Below are positions 19,280-28,132 of a stretch of DNA of 63,755 nucleotides, in pieces. The position numbers were made by a program, and so were the translations under genes. The first letter of the stretch is position 1. Every line of letters starts with the position of its first letter. Origin of the DNA: Candidatus Zambryskiibacteriota bacterium (GTDB lineage: Bacteria > Patescibacteriota > Minisyncoccia > Phycocordibacterales > DATDWN01); the NCBI GenBank assembly GCA_009694965.1, contig SIBV01000001.1, forward strand, positions 1-63,755. Reading direction: 5' to 3'. A model generated the notes under the pieces. That model was not told where the DNA came from. It saw only the letters and a program-made list of their open reading frames with translations, and did no database searches.

Positions 19280-20467
19280 ATGTCGTTTTTGTCTTTTGCA
19301 AAAAAAGAAAATGAAGTATCACTCCTAATAGATATTGGGAACGAAACTGTAAGTATTGCGTTAGTTTCGTATAAGAATAAAACTCCTAATTTTACATATT
19401 ATACAAAAGCTGAGTTTCCTATACTAGAAGAGAGTAGTAAACAAAGAGCTATTACAGGTCTCGGCACTTTGTTAGATCAAATGCTAATCAAGACTCTGAA
19501 GTTAAGAAAAGAAAAAATAGACAAGGTTGTGGTTTCGTTTTCTTCTCCTTGGTACACTTTCATTTCCAAAGAAGTACACCTCGCGGAAGGCAAAGATTTT
19601 TTTATAACAAAATCATTTCTTGAAAGTGTTTTAGTAAGAGAAGAGAAATTGTATATCAAGGAATTGAGTGAGGGTAGGGAGGGCGAAGTTAAAAATCAAC
19701 ATAGTGTAGTTGAAAGGTCTATCGTTCACGCCAAGATAAACGGTTACGTTTTAAACAATATGCTAGGCAAAAAAACAAAATCTTTTGATGCATATTTATA
19801 TATTTCAGCCATTTCTACAAAAATTGAAGAAAAAGTCGTAGATGTAATTTCTAAACATACACATATTTCTCGAGGGAACATTTCACTCTATACTTCTCCT
19901 TTGGTGTCATTTCATACTATACGAGATAGGTTTCCAGATGATAGGGATTTCTTACTCATGAATATAACAGGAGAATCTACTGATTTTTCATTAGTAAAAG
20001 GTGATGTTATTGAAAGTAATATTCAGTTTCCACTTGGCAGAAGCTATATTATTCGGAAAATTGCAAAATCTGCTAAAGTTTCATCTGAAATCTCTGAATC
20101 AATGCTTCATATGTATTTACAACAGAAAACAGATGAAGTTACTACTAGTCTAATAGAGGAGACTCTAACAGAAATTGAAGAAGAGTGGGCAGTATATTTT
20201 GAAGACGTTTTTGTCTCCCTATGCAAGACCCGTGATTACCCAATAAAAATTTTTCTAATTTCTGACGAAGATGTTGTGACAATTTTCTCAAATTTTTTAA
20301 AATTGGTAAAAACGGATTCTACAGCATTATTTAGAAAAAATATGAAGCTTTGCTTGATTGACGAGCTAACTATTGCTGATCTGTACGAATCTTCTATTGA
20401 AGTTAATCCTAGTGTCGCACTAGTTCTCCTAGCTATTTTTCACAGCAGGGTTAAAAGTAATTCTTAA
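19280..20467 (+). CDS. FtsA/PilM-like actin-fold protein
   Basis: LLIDIGNETV, LMNITGESTD, FPLG. Confidence 0.65.
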   Translation: MSFLSFAKKENEVSLLIDIGNETVSIALVSYKNKTPNFTYYTKAEFPILEESSKQRAITGLGTLLDQMLIKTLKLRKEKIDKVVVSFSSPWYTFISKEVHLAEGKDFFITKSFLESVLVREEKLYIKELSEGREGEVKNQHSVVERSIVHAKINGYVLNNMLGKKTKSFDAYLYISAISTKIEEKVVDVISKHTHISRGNISLYTSPLVSFHTIRDRFPDDRDFLLMNITGESTDFSLVKGDVIESNIQFPLGRSYIIRKIAKSAKVSSEISESMLHMYLQQKTDEVTTSLIEETLTEIEEEWAVYFEDVFVSLCKTRDYPIKIFLISDEDVVTIFSNFLKLVKTDSTALFRKNMKLCLIDELTIADLYESSIEVNPSVALVLLAIFHSRVKSNS

Positions 20468-20560
20468 AACATCAATTATTAACAGGCATATTTGCAAACT
20501 CAATTTTTTGCGTTACAATATAATAAGTATTTTACGTAAATAAATTCTCATTAAAAAAGT

Positions 20561-21934
20561 ATGAAAAAAAACATTGTTCAAGATGTTATACCACCAAAAA
20601 AATCTATTCGTAATGTAGAATTGCCTTCTAGAATGCGTAAAAATCAACCAGTTGAAGAAGTAAATGTTAATGCTGGTTTTGAAAAGGTAGAGTCCGCTCG
20701 AAAGCCTCGTACTATTCATAAACAAACTGCCGAAATTCGACGCCCAAAGGAGGAGAAAATGGAACAATCCTATAAGTATGAGTACGACGGGCCTCCAAAA
20801 TCTTCAAAGAGAATCTTATACATAGCTGTTGGACTTTTTATCTTGGCTCTACTTTTCGGAATTTCAGCACTATTTCGAAGCGCGGAAATAAGAGTAACTC
20901 CAAAACAAGATTTCAAAACTTTGAACGAAACATTTGTTGCAAAAAAAGATTCTACAACTGGTCTTGCATACCAACTAGTCACAATCACAAAGGACGTGGA
21001 AAAGACGGTGGATGCTACTAGCGAGCAAAAAGTTGAAAAGAAGGCAACTGGAAGAATAATCATATATAACAATTCGGGATCTCAGGCACAGAAACTCGTA
21101 GCGACTACTAGATTTGAAACGGGAGAGGGATTAATTTTCCGTTTGATAAACAACGCTGTTATCCCAGGTCGCACAATAAAGGATGGTAAAACTATAGCTG
21201 GAAGCCTGGAAGTTCAAGTTGAGGCAGACAAAAGCGGAGAACTCTATAATATAGGACTCAAGGACTTCACAGTGCCAGGCTTTAAGGGAGACCCTAAATA
21301 TACTCAAGTGTATGCAAGATCAAAAACTATAATGAGCGGCGGTTTTTCTGGTATGCAAAAAGTAGTTTCGAAGGAAATTATGGATAGTGTTGAAGCGCAA
21401 TTAGAATCCGAGCTAAAGGAATCTTTGTCAAAGGATATGATTTCTCAAGTACCAGCAAATTTTGCACTTTATGAAAATAGCATCACATACAAACTAGAGC
21501 CAGTTATTCAGGGCAATGGCGCAAACGGTGTAGCTGTTATTAAAAGGAAGGGTGTTGCAAATGCTATAATTTTCGACAAAGGATCCTTGTCTAGAGTTAT
21601 AATCGCAAAAGTTTTACCGGAATCGACTGACAATGTAGTAAAAATAGTAAACCTTGATCAGTTGAACTTTACCTTCAGTACGAGTGAAGCTTTCAACCCA
21701 ACTACAAGCTCATCTGTCAGTTTTGAACTAAAGGGAGAACCTCATCTAGTTTGGGTCTTTGATGAAAACAAGCTTAAATCTGACTTGCTAGGCTTATCAA
21801 AGAAGAGTGCAAAAACGGTTATTAGGGCTTACCCAAATATCACAGAAGAGTGGGTTGAAATCTCACCTTTCTGGAATCAGACCATTCCAAACAACCCTGA
21901 AAACGTAAAACTCGTAAATACCTTGTCCCAATAG
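20561..21934 (+). CDS. Membrane-anchored protein with baseplate J-like region
   Basis: DVIPP N-terminus, single TM, KATGRIIIYN, TRF, VEADKSGELYN, GGFSG. Confidence 0.65.
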   Translation: MKKNIVQDVIPPKKSIRNVELPSRMRKNQPVEEVNVNAGFEKVESARKPRTIHKQTAEIRRPKEEKMEQSYKYEYDGPPKSSKRILYIAVGLFILALLFGISALFRSAEIRVTPKQDFKTLNETFVAKKDSTTGLAYQLVTITKDVEKTVDATSEQKVEKKATGRIIIYNNSGSQAQKLVATTRFETGEGLIFRLINNAVIPGRTIKDGKTIAGSLEVQVEADKSGELYNIGLKDFTVPGFKGDPKYTQVYARSKTIMSGGFSGMQKVVSKEIMDSVEAQLESELKESLSKDMISQVPANFALYENSITYKLEPVIQGNGANGVAVIKRKGVANAIIFDKGSLSRVIIAKVLPESTDNVVKIVNLDQLNFTFSTSEAFNPTTSSSVSFELKGEPHLVWVFDENKLKSDLLGLSKKSAKTVIRAYPNITEEWVEISPFWNQTIPNNPENVKLVNTLSQ

Positions 21935-22026
21935 TAGAATTTGGCATAGCACTAAAGTGCAGCAAGACCAGATGCCAAATTCACTATAGGATTAACCCCG
22001 TAGTGAGCTATGCTCTACTCCAGGGT
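21926..22026. repeat. Pair of REP-like GTAGT hairpins
   Basis: ATAGTAGAATTTGGCAT..ATGCCAAATTCACTAT and CCCGTAGTGAGC..GCTCTACTCCAGGG. Confidence 0.8.
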
Positions 22027-22102
22027 TGACGAAATAGGGTTAATTCTGATACCATACAACCTGTATTAAAAAATAAGCTAATAAAGAAAACGGGACAAAA
22101 TA

Positions 22103-22324
22103 ATGCAAGATCCTAACAAAAAAGTCGCGGAAGTTTCTGCTAGAGTTACAGAGGCATTACCCAATACTTTCTTTAAGGTAAAAAGAGATGATACAGGAGA
22201 AGAGATGCTAACATATCTCTCAGGAAAAATGAGACTTCATAGGATTAGAGTTTTGATTGGAGACAGAGTTACAGTGGAGATTGAACCTTATGGCGGCAAG
22301 GGTCGCATAATAAAGCGAGTTTAG
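22103..22324 (+). CDS. infA: Translation initiation factor IF-1
   Basis: EALPNTFF, SGKMR..RIRVLIGDRV. Confidence 0.96.
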   Translation: MQDPNKKVAEVSARVTEALPNTFFKVKRDDTGEEMLTYLSGKMRLHRIRVLIGDRVTVEIEPYGGKGRIIKRV

Positions 22325-22330
22325 TTAAAC

Positions 22331-22435
22331 ATACGAATATACGAATAATACAAATCTACAAATGGCTACGAATAAGAAAATCACTTCGAACCCATTTGTA
22401 ACTATTCGTAACATTCGCATAATTTTTGTATCGTA
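22331..22435. repeat. ACGAAT-type heptamer palindrome filling the infA-rpmJ spacer
   Basis: ATACGAATATACGAATAATACAAAT..GGCTACGAATAAGA with an inverted arm. Confidence 0.85.
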
Positions 22436-22552
22436 ATGAAAGTAAAATCATCAGTTAAAAAAATATGTTCAAAATGTCAGGTAGTCCGAAGAAAAGGCTA
22501 CGTTTATGTTGTTTGTGAAGCAAATGCAAAACATAAGCAACGCCAGGGATAG
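22436..22552 (+). CDS. rpmJ: 50S ribosomal protein L36 (not in ORF track)
   Basis: [38 protein letters not shown], between infA and rpsM. Confidence 0.97.
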   Translation: MKVKSSVKKICSKCQVVRRKGYVYVVCEANAKHKQRQG

Positions 22553-22631
22553 ACTAGTTCGTAAAGTTTATAAAGTTGAAAGTTATAAAGAAAAATAACA
22601 TAAAAGACTTTACAAACTTTATAACTTATAT

Positions 22632-23009
22632 ATGAGAATACTAGGAATCACATTACCAGAGGAGAAAAGAATAGAGATTGGATTAACAGTCCTCTACGGT
22701 GTTGGACGATCTAGAGCTCAAACTGTTTTGGATCAGGCAAAGGTTCCCTATGGATTGAAGCCAAAAGAAATTTCAGTTGAACAAGAGAACGCAATTCGAA
22801 AAGTTGTAGAATCTTTTAAAATTGAAGGAGATTTGAAACGAGAAACTGCAGGAAACATAAAGAGACTAAAGGATATCAAGTCATATAGAGGGTCTCGACA
22901 CTCAAAAAATCTTCCAAGCCGAGGTCAGCGAACAAAAACAAATGCTAGAACAAAGAGAGGCGCGAAGAAGACGATGGGTACGGGACGCAAGATAGCCGAT
23001 AAAAAATAA
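22632..23009 (+). CDS. rpsM: 30S ribosomal protein S13
   Basis: SYRGSRH..LPSRGQRTKTNARTKRG. Confidence 0.97.
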   Translation: MRILGITLPEEKRIEIGLTVLYGVGRSRAQTVLDQAKVPYGLKPKEISVEQENAIRKVVESFKIEGDLKRETAGNIKRLKDIKSYRGSRHSKNLPSRGQRTKTNARTKRGAKKTMGTGRKIADKK

Positions 23010-23016
23010 ATTAAAC

Positions 23017-23130
23017 ATACGAATATGCGAATAATACAAATCAACGAATGGCTACGAATAAGAGAAAATTCAACAACCTGTATTATTCGTGGTAATTCGT
23101 ATCATTCGTACATTCGTTAATTCGTATATT
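23017..23130. repeat. ACGAAT-type heptamer palindrome (rpsM-rpsK)
   Basis: Same arms as the 22331 copy. Confidence 0.85.
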
Positions 23131-23141
23131 TAATTAATAAA

Positions 23142-23573
23142 ATGGGAAAAAAAAGAATTGTAAAAAAAGATGGGGATAAGGTAGAGGGAGCGAAAGCTAA
23201 CCTTGTTTCTACTGTATCCAAAAAGAAGGTTGAGGTAGGAACACTATATATACAATCAACATACAACAACACCAAGATTGTTCTGACTGACTCAAAAGGA
23301 GCGGTATTAGCCACTTCATCATCAGGATCTATTGGTTTCAAAGGTGCAAAGAAGGGAACTCCTTTCGCAGCGGCGAAGGTAGGTGAAATACTGGGTGCAA
23401 AAGCCGCTACTATGGGAATGAAGGAAGTTTCAGTTGTTGTGAAGGGTGTAGGATCAGGTAGAGAGTCGGGAATAAGAGGGTTTATTTCAAAAGGAATAAA
23501 CATAAACTCAATCAAGGATGTCACTCCAGTTCCTCATAATGGACCGAAACCAAAGAAGCCGCGTCGCGTATAA
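23142..23573 (+). CDS. rpsK: 30S ribosomal protein S11
   Basis: STYNNT, KGTPFAA, DVTPVPHNG. Confidence 0.97.
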   Translation: MGKKRIVKKDGDKVEGAKANLVSTVSKKKVEVGTLYIQSTYNNTKIVLTDSKGAVLATSSSGSIGFKGAKKGTPFAAAKVGEILGAKAATMGMKEVSVVVKGVGSGRESGIRGFISKGININSIKDVTPVPHNGPKPKKPRRV

Positions 23574-23647
23574 CACGACAAATTTAGACTTTAGAATTTA
23601 AACTTTAAAAATTAATTCTAAATTATAAATTAAAATTATTTAAAACA

Positions 23648-24256
23648 ATGATCACAGGACCAAAATACAAAATAGCACGACGCCTCGGGGCACCAATCTT
23701 TGAGAAAACTCAAACTCAAAAGTATGCACTTCACCTAGAAAGAAAAGGAAAGAAGAGAGGTTTTTCTAAACCAAAATCCGAATACGGACTACAACTCATT
23801 GAAAAGCAAAAAGCTAGATTTACATACGGGCTTGGTGAAAGACAATTTTCAAACTATGTTAAGGAGGCTTTAGACAAGAAGACAGATAATGCACCTCAAA
23901 CTATATTCCAGTTTCTAGAGCTTAGACTCGATAATGTTATCTACAGACTTGGATTTTCTCCAACTAGATCTGGTGCACGACAGATAGCATCTCACGGCCA
24001 CATGAAGGTTAATGGCAGAAAAGTTGATACTCCTTCAAGACGACTTGTAATTGGAGATAAGATAGAAATTACAGACAGATCATTGAAGAAGCCTTTGTTT
24101 GAGAATCTAGACGAAAGAACAAAAAACGTTACAGTTCCGTCATGGATAAAGTACGACGCAGTAAAGAAAATTGCCAGCATACAAGGAATGCCACAGCTAG
24201 TGAAGACAGATAACATGTTTGATTTGAACACAGTTATAGAATTCTACAGCCGTTAA
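23648..24256 (+). CDS. rpsD: 30S ribosomal protein S4
   Basis: SEYGLQLIEKQK, LELRLDNVIYRLG, IEFYSR. Confidence 0.97.
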   Translation: MITGPKYKIARRLGAPIFEKTQTQKYALHLERKGKKRGFSKPKSEYGLQLIEKQKARFTYGLGERQFSNYVKEALDKKTDNAPQTIFQFLELRLDNVIYRLGFSPTRSGARQIASHGHMKVNGRKVDTPSRRLVIGDKIEITDRSLKKPLFENLDERTKNVTVPSWIKYDAVKKIASIQGMPQLVKTDNMFDLNTVIEFYSR

Positions 24257-24402
24257 TGGGTAGAGGTACGAAATAAGATATACGAGATAAGATTGAGAGT
24301 TTATAGTTTCTCGTGTTTCGTGCTCCGTAACTCTTGCGTCAATTCATGAATTAGTGTATATTATTATTCGCTTTATAAACTTTTAATAAAAAATTACCCT
24401 AT

Positions 24403-25356
24403 ATGTCTGATTACATAATTGTATTGCCATCAAAACCAAAAATAGTCACTGAAAAAGAGTTCAGTGGTTCTTATGAAATAGACGGATTGTACCCGGGTTA
24501 CGGCCACACCTTAGGTAACTCACTCAGAAGAATTATCCTTTCGTCACTTCCGGGATCAGCAGTTACTTCTGTTAAGATCGAAGGAATTCCACATGAATTC
24601 TCAGTTATTCCTGGTGTAAAGGAGGATGCTATCACTATTCTGTTAAATTTGAAGAAGATTAGACTAAATATGGTCAGTGATGAACCTCAAGTTCTAACTC
24701 TAAAAGTAAAGGGTGTAAAGGAGGTAACGGCAGGGGACATAAAAATAACAGGAGGTATCGAGGTTTTAAACCCTGAACTAGTTATTGCAACTCTAACTGA
24801 CGCAAAAGCAGAACTTGATATGGAAATCACAGTTGAAAAGGGCCTAGGATTCGTATCAAAGGAAGTATTACAAAAAAATAGAGTTGATATCGCTCAAATT
24901 ACACTGGACGCAATCTTCACTCCTATTAGACGAGTGAGTTACGAAGTTGAAAATATGCGAGTGGGGGACAGAACAGATTTCAATAGACTAAAAATCTTTA
25001 TTGAAACAGATGGAACTATCACTCCAAAAGAGGCTCTAGAAAAATCCATAGAGACTATGATAAATCAATTAAAGGCTATTATTGGTTTCAAGGAAGAGGA
25101 CGTGTTGGTTGCACCTCAGCACAAAGCTGGTGCAGAAGACAATGTAATAGTTGATGAAGACTCACTAAAGACTCGAATCGATACTCTTAACTTCTCAGCT
25201 CGAACAATGAATGCGCTTTCTGCAGCAAACATTCGCACAGTTGGTGGCCTTGCTAGAAAGAAGGAGAAGGATATATTGGATATTGAAGGAATGGGAGCAA
25301 AAGGACTTTCTGAAATCAAGGAAGTGCTAGCTACATTTGGAATAACGTTGAAATAA
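24403..25356 (+). CDS. rpoA: RNA polymerase alpha subunit
   Basis: GYGHTLGNSLRRIILSS, HEFSVIPGVKED, alpha-CTD. Confidence 0.98.
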   Translation: MSDYIIVLPSKPKIVTEKEFSGSYEIDGLYPGYGHTLGNSLRRIILSSLPGSAVTSVKIEGIPHEFSVIPGVKEDAITILLNLKKIRLNMVSDEPQVLTLKVKGVKEVTAGDIKITGGIEVLNPELVIATLTDAKAELDMEITVEKGLGFVSKEVLQKNRVDIAQITLDAIFTPIRRVSYEVENMRVGDRTDFNRLKIFIETDGTITPKEALEKSIETMINQLKAIIGFKEEDVLVAPQHKAGAEDNVIVDEDSLKTRIDTLNFSARTMNALSAANIRTVGGLARKKEKDILDIEGMGAKGLSEIKEVLATFGITLK

Positions 25357-25366
25357 GTAGATAAAC

Positions 25367-25478
25367 ATACGAATATGCAAATAACACCAATAATACGAAT
25401 AGCTACGAATAAAATTCAGAAGTCTGTGGTATTATTCGCATTCATTCATACATTCGCATAATTCGTTAATTCGTATAT
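25367..25478. repeat. ACGAAT-type heptamer palindrome (rpoA-rplQ)
   Basis: Same arms as the 22331 copy. Confidence 0.85.
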
Positions 25479-25485
25479 TAATTTC

Positions 25486-25833
25486 ATGAATCACCACAAA
25501 ACTACAAGAAAATTCGGACGAGTAAAGAAAGTTAGAGACGGACTGATGAAGTCCTTGGCTCTTTCACTTGTTGTAAGAGGAAAAATTAAGACTACTGATG
25601 CAAAAGCTCGAGAACTACGACCTATGGTAGAAAAGATGATTACACAAGGTAGACTTGGAACTATTGCTTCACGACGAGCACTTGTTTCAAAAGTAGGAGT
25701 TATCGGTGCTGACAAGATTTTCAAGGATTTAGCACCAAAGTATGTCGGAAGAGCAGGTGGATACACTAGAATTACTAAGTTGCCAGCACGAGTCTCAGAT
25801 GGTTCACTCATGGCTGTTATCGAATTCGTTTAG
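25486..25833 (+). CDS. rplQ: 50S ribosomal protein L17
   Basis: IKTTDAKA, GGYTRITK. Confidence 0.97.
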   Translation: MNHHKTTRKFGRVKKVRDGLMKSLALSLVVRGKIKTTDAKARELRPMVEKMITQGRLGTIASRRALVSKVGVIGADKIFKDLAPKYVGRAGGYTRITKLPARVSDGSLMAVIEFV

Positions 25834-25873
25834 GCCTTTACTTTCAACTTTAAACTTGATAACTTTTAAACTC

Positions 25874-26221
25874 ATGACAAAATACACACTAGATGCAGAG
25901 AACAAGAGAATCGGACGAGTAGCAACCCTTGCTGCTGTGTATTTGATGGGCAAAAATCTAGCTGTTTATACAAAGAATAAAATTCCTGATATTACAGTGG
26001 AAATCAAGAATACCTCAAAAGCTCTCGTTGATGACAATAAGAAAGCGCAAAAGACCTATAGCAGATATTCTGGTTACCCAGGAGGCCTAAAGCAACCTAC
26101 AATGGAACAGGTTATAGCAAAAAAAGGGTATTCAGAAATCTTTAAAAATGCTGTTTCAGGGATGCTTCCAAAGAACAAGCTTCGACAGAAGATGATGAAT
26201 AACCTTATTCTTTCAGAATAG
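25874..26221 (+). CDS. rplM: 50S ribosomal protein L13
   Basis: LDA..IGRVA, YSGYPGGLK, GMLPKNKL; start corrected to ATG 25874. Confidence 0.94.
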   Translation: MTKYTLDAENKRIGRVATLAAVYLMGKNLAVYTKNKIPDITVEIKNTSKALVDDNKKAQKTYSRYSGYPGGLKQPTMEQVIAKKGYSEIFKNAVSGMLPKNKLRQKMMNNLILSE

Positions 26222-26294
26222 GAATTTAAAATTTAAAATTTAGACTTTAAAATTAATTCTAATTTTAAATTCTAAATTTTAAATTAAAACCAAA

Positions 26295-26729
26295 ATGGAA
26301 CCAAAAACTAAAAAAAAAGGAAAAGGAAAAGATTTGCATCATGATCGTTACATAGAAACTGTGGGACGAAGAAAAACTTCAGTTGCGCGTGTTCGAATCA
26401 CAGAAGCAACAAAGACTACTTTTTTAATAAACGAGGACAAAGACCTAGAAGCTTATTTTCCAACTAGAGAAATGCACACTATTGTAAAACAGCCTTTTGC
26501 TGATATGGTGGAAAAGTTCAAGGTTACAGCTCACATAAACGGTGGAGGAATCCACTCACAAGCAGAAGCTCTAAGACACGGAATCGCACGAGGTTTGGTA
26601 GAATTCAGAGCAGAACTTAGAAAAACTTTGAAAAAAGCAGGATACCTAAAAAGAGATCCTCGCGCAAAAGAAAGAAGAAAGTTCGGTCTCAAAAAAGCGA
26701 GAAAAGCACCACAATGGTCAAAACGATAG
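26295..26729 (+). CDS. rpsI: 30S ribosomal protein S9
   Basis: GRRKTSVARV, RDPRAKERRKFGLKKARKAPQWSKR. Confidence 0.97.
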   Translation: MEPKTKKKGKGKDLHHDRYIETVGRRKTSVARVRITEATKTTFLINEDKDLEAYFPTREMHTIVKQPFADMVEKFKVTAHINGGGIHSQAEALRHGIARGLVEFRAELRKTLKKAGYLKRDPRAKERRKFGLKKARKAPQWSKR

Positions 26730-26734
26730 AAAAC

Positions 26735-26760
26735 AGCCGGCCTGCGCCGGCTTTTTCTTT
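26735..26760 (+). terminator. Intrinsic terminator after rpsI
   Basis: AGCCGGC-ctgc-GCCGGCT followed by a T run. Confidence 0.85.
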
Positions 26761-26812
26761 ACGCTTCGAAAACGGAGCTATGTTTTGTTAGCAAACAAAA
26801 CCAACGAGTCGG

Positions 26813-26907
26813 GGTGAGAAATGATGGGCATCACTTCGCAAGACCTTGCCTGATTTTTTCAGAATGAAATGAATGAAAAAGTCGACAAAATGTACTGTTC
26901 CTGTAAG
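26813..26907 (+). repeat. Structured three-hairpin motif, copy E (expanded middle stem)
   Basis: GGTGAGAA..TTCGCAAGACCTTG..TGTACTGTTCCTGTAAG. Confidence 0.8.
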
Positions 26908-27009
26908 GAAGAGAGAATTTGCTAGCGACGGCGAATAAAATATCCGTGACAAACGATAGAAAATCTCTTCCCAGAAGCGAAGCGTGCCACATTGGAGTAA
27001 ACTTTAATC

Positions 27010-27171
27010 ACACAATCTCTTTCTTACCAAAACCTTTTCAGAGACACAAAACCTGCCAGCGACGGTTTTGTTCTAGTCCTCGGTCGCAACTTGTCAAGAA
27101 AGGGTGCCTTGACGAGACCAGCTTGCGACCTGTGGATGCTCTGAAAAGGTTTTGGTTCGACGAGATTGTGT
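27010..27171. other. Long branched hairpin, candidate ncRNA or non-autonomous element
   Basis: Nested inverted repeats including a perfect 18-bp stem (27026-27043 with 27139-27156). Confidence 0.6.
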
Positions 27172-27296
27172 TAAGTGCCATCTTTAATTTACTACAGTAT
27201 ATTGTAGTAGATTAGTATTTTTTCAAGCATTCCTCCCTAATCAACAATAACAGATGTGTTTGTCAACAATTTTGAACCTCTTAATTTTTATGTTAA

Positions 27297-27431
27297 ACCC
27301 GCACACCAACTTTACTATAGTTTTTATACTCTGACTTACTGTAATTTCTTTATGTAAATTATGGCAAAAATGTTATAATAGTGATAATATCTTCTTGAAA
27401 AACAGAGTGATAGTAAAGTTGGTGTGCGGGT
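27297..27431. mobile_element. 135-bp MITE-like element, copy 1
   Basis: TIRs ACCCGCACACCAACTTTACTAT / ATAGTAAAGTTGGTGTGCGGGT; homologous copies at 46759 and 49094. Confidence 0.75.
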
Positions 27432-27444
27432 AAAATAGCTAAAT

Positions 27445-28032
27445 ATGACAAACGACGAAAATAAAATCATTGAAGAAGAAATAGATACTGACCCAGGGGA
27501 TGACGTGGTTTTTGAAGATGCTTCAGAAAATTTGGCTCCTGAGATCAAAGACCGTACCGATAAACTAAAGGCTCGGATTAAGGAGTTGGAAAAGAAAAAT
27601 GCAGAACTTCTAGACTCATGGCAGAGAGACAAGGCGGATTTTGTAAATAGTCGAAAGCGAGATGAAGAACAAAAAAGAGAATTCTTAAAGTTTGCCAAGG
27701 CAGATACTATCGCGGAAATTATACCTGTATTGGATTCTTTTGAATCCGCATTTAAAAATAAGGAATCTTGGGAAAAAGTAGATAAAAACTGGAGAGTGGG
27801 TGTTGAATATATTCAGTCTCAGCTTATGACAGCATTAAACAATCACGGACTCTCTGCTATTAACCCCTTAGGTCAACAGTTTGATTCAAAACGGGACGAA
27901 GCAGTAGAAAATATTAAAGTTGACTTAGAAAGCGATGATGGTAAAATACTGGAGGTTGTGCAGGTAGGATATGAACTAAACGGTAAGGAGATACGCCCAC
28001 CTAAGGTAAAAATAGGACATTATAGTAATTAA
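27445..28032 (+). CDS. grpE: Nucleotide exchange factor GrpE
   Basis: R.KADFVN.RKR, IPVLDSF, GYELNG..IRP.KV. Confidence 0.95.
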   Translation: MTNDENKIIEEEIDTDPGDDVVFEDASENLAPEIKDRTDKLKARIKELEKKNAELLDSWQRDKADFVNSRKRDEEQKREFLKFAKADTIAEIIPVLDSFESAFKNKESWEKVDKNWRVGVEYIQSQLMTALNNHGLSAINPLGQQFDSKRDEAVENIKVDLESDDGKILEVVQVGYELNGKEIRPPKVKIGHYSN

Positions 28033-28035
28033 GAA

Positions 28036-28119
28036 TACGAATATGAATTCACGGAACCTACAAATGAGTTCGAATTTAATTCGTAAACATTCGTAACTGT
28101 ATTTAGATTCTATTCGTAC
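28036..28119. repeat. ACGAAT-type heptamer palindrome (degenerate)
   Basis: ATACGAATATGAAT.. / ..TTCGTAAACATTCGTAA..ATTCGTA. Confidence 0.7.
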
Positions 28120-28132
28120 TCTATAAAGATTT

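Noticed and set aside
20561..21934. Prophage or contractile injection system
   Set aside because: Only a lone baseplate-J-like region with a TM anchor; no other phage structural genes or integrase
22331..25478. ACGAAT repeats as a CRISPR array
   Set aside because: They are inverted, degenerate and dispersed between genes, with no constant repeat-spacer period and no cas genes
25742..25873. N-terminal extensions in the ORF track (rplM, also rplI, dnaJ, ctpA, dinB, the 38375 M23 gene, 9265)
   Set aside because: They translate repeat DNA or overlap neighbours; downstream ATGs fit family N-termini or promoter spacing better
26919..27215. 98-aa ORF from the track
   Set aside because: TTG start with no RBS; it runs across nested inverted repeats better explained as structured non-coding DNA
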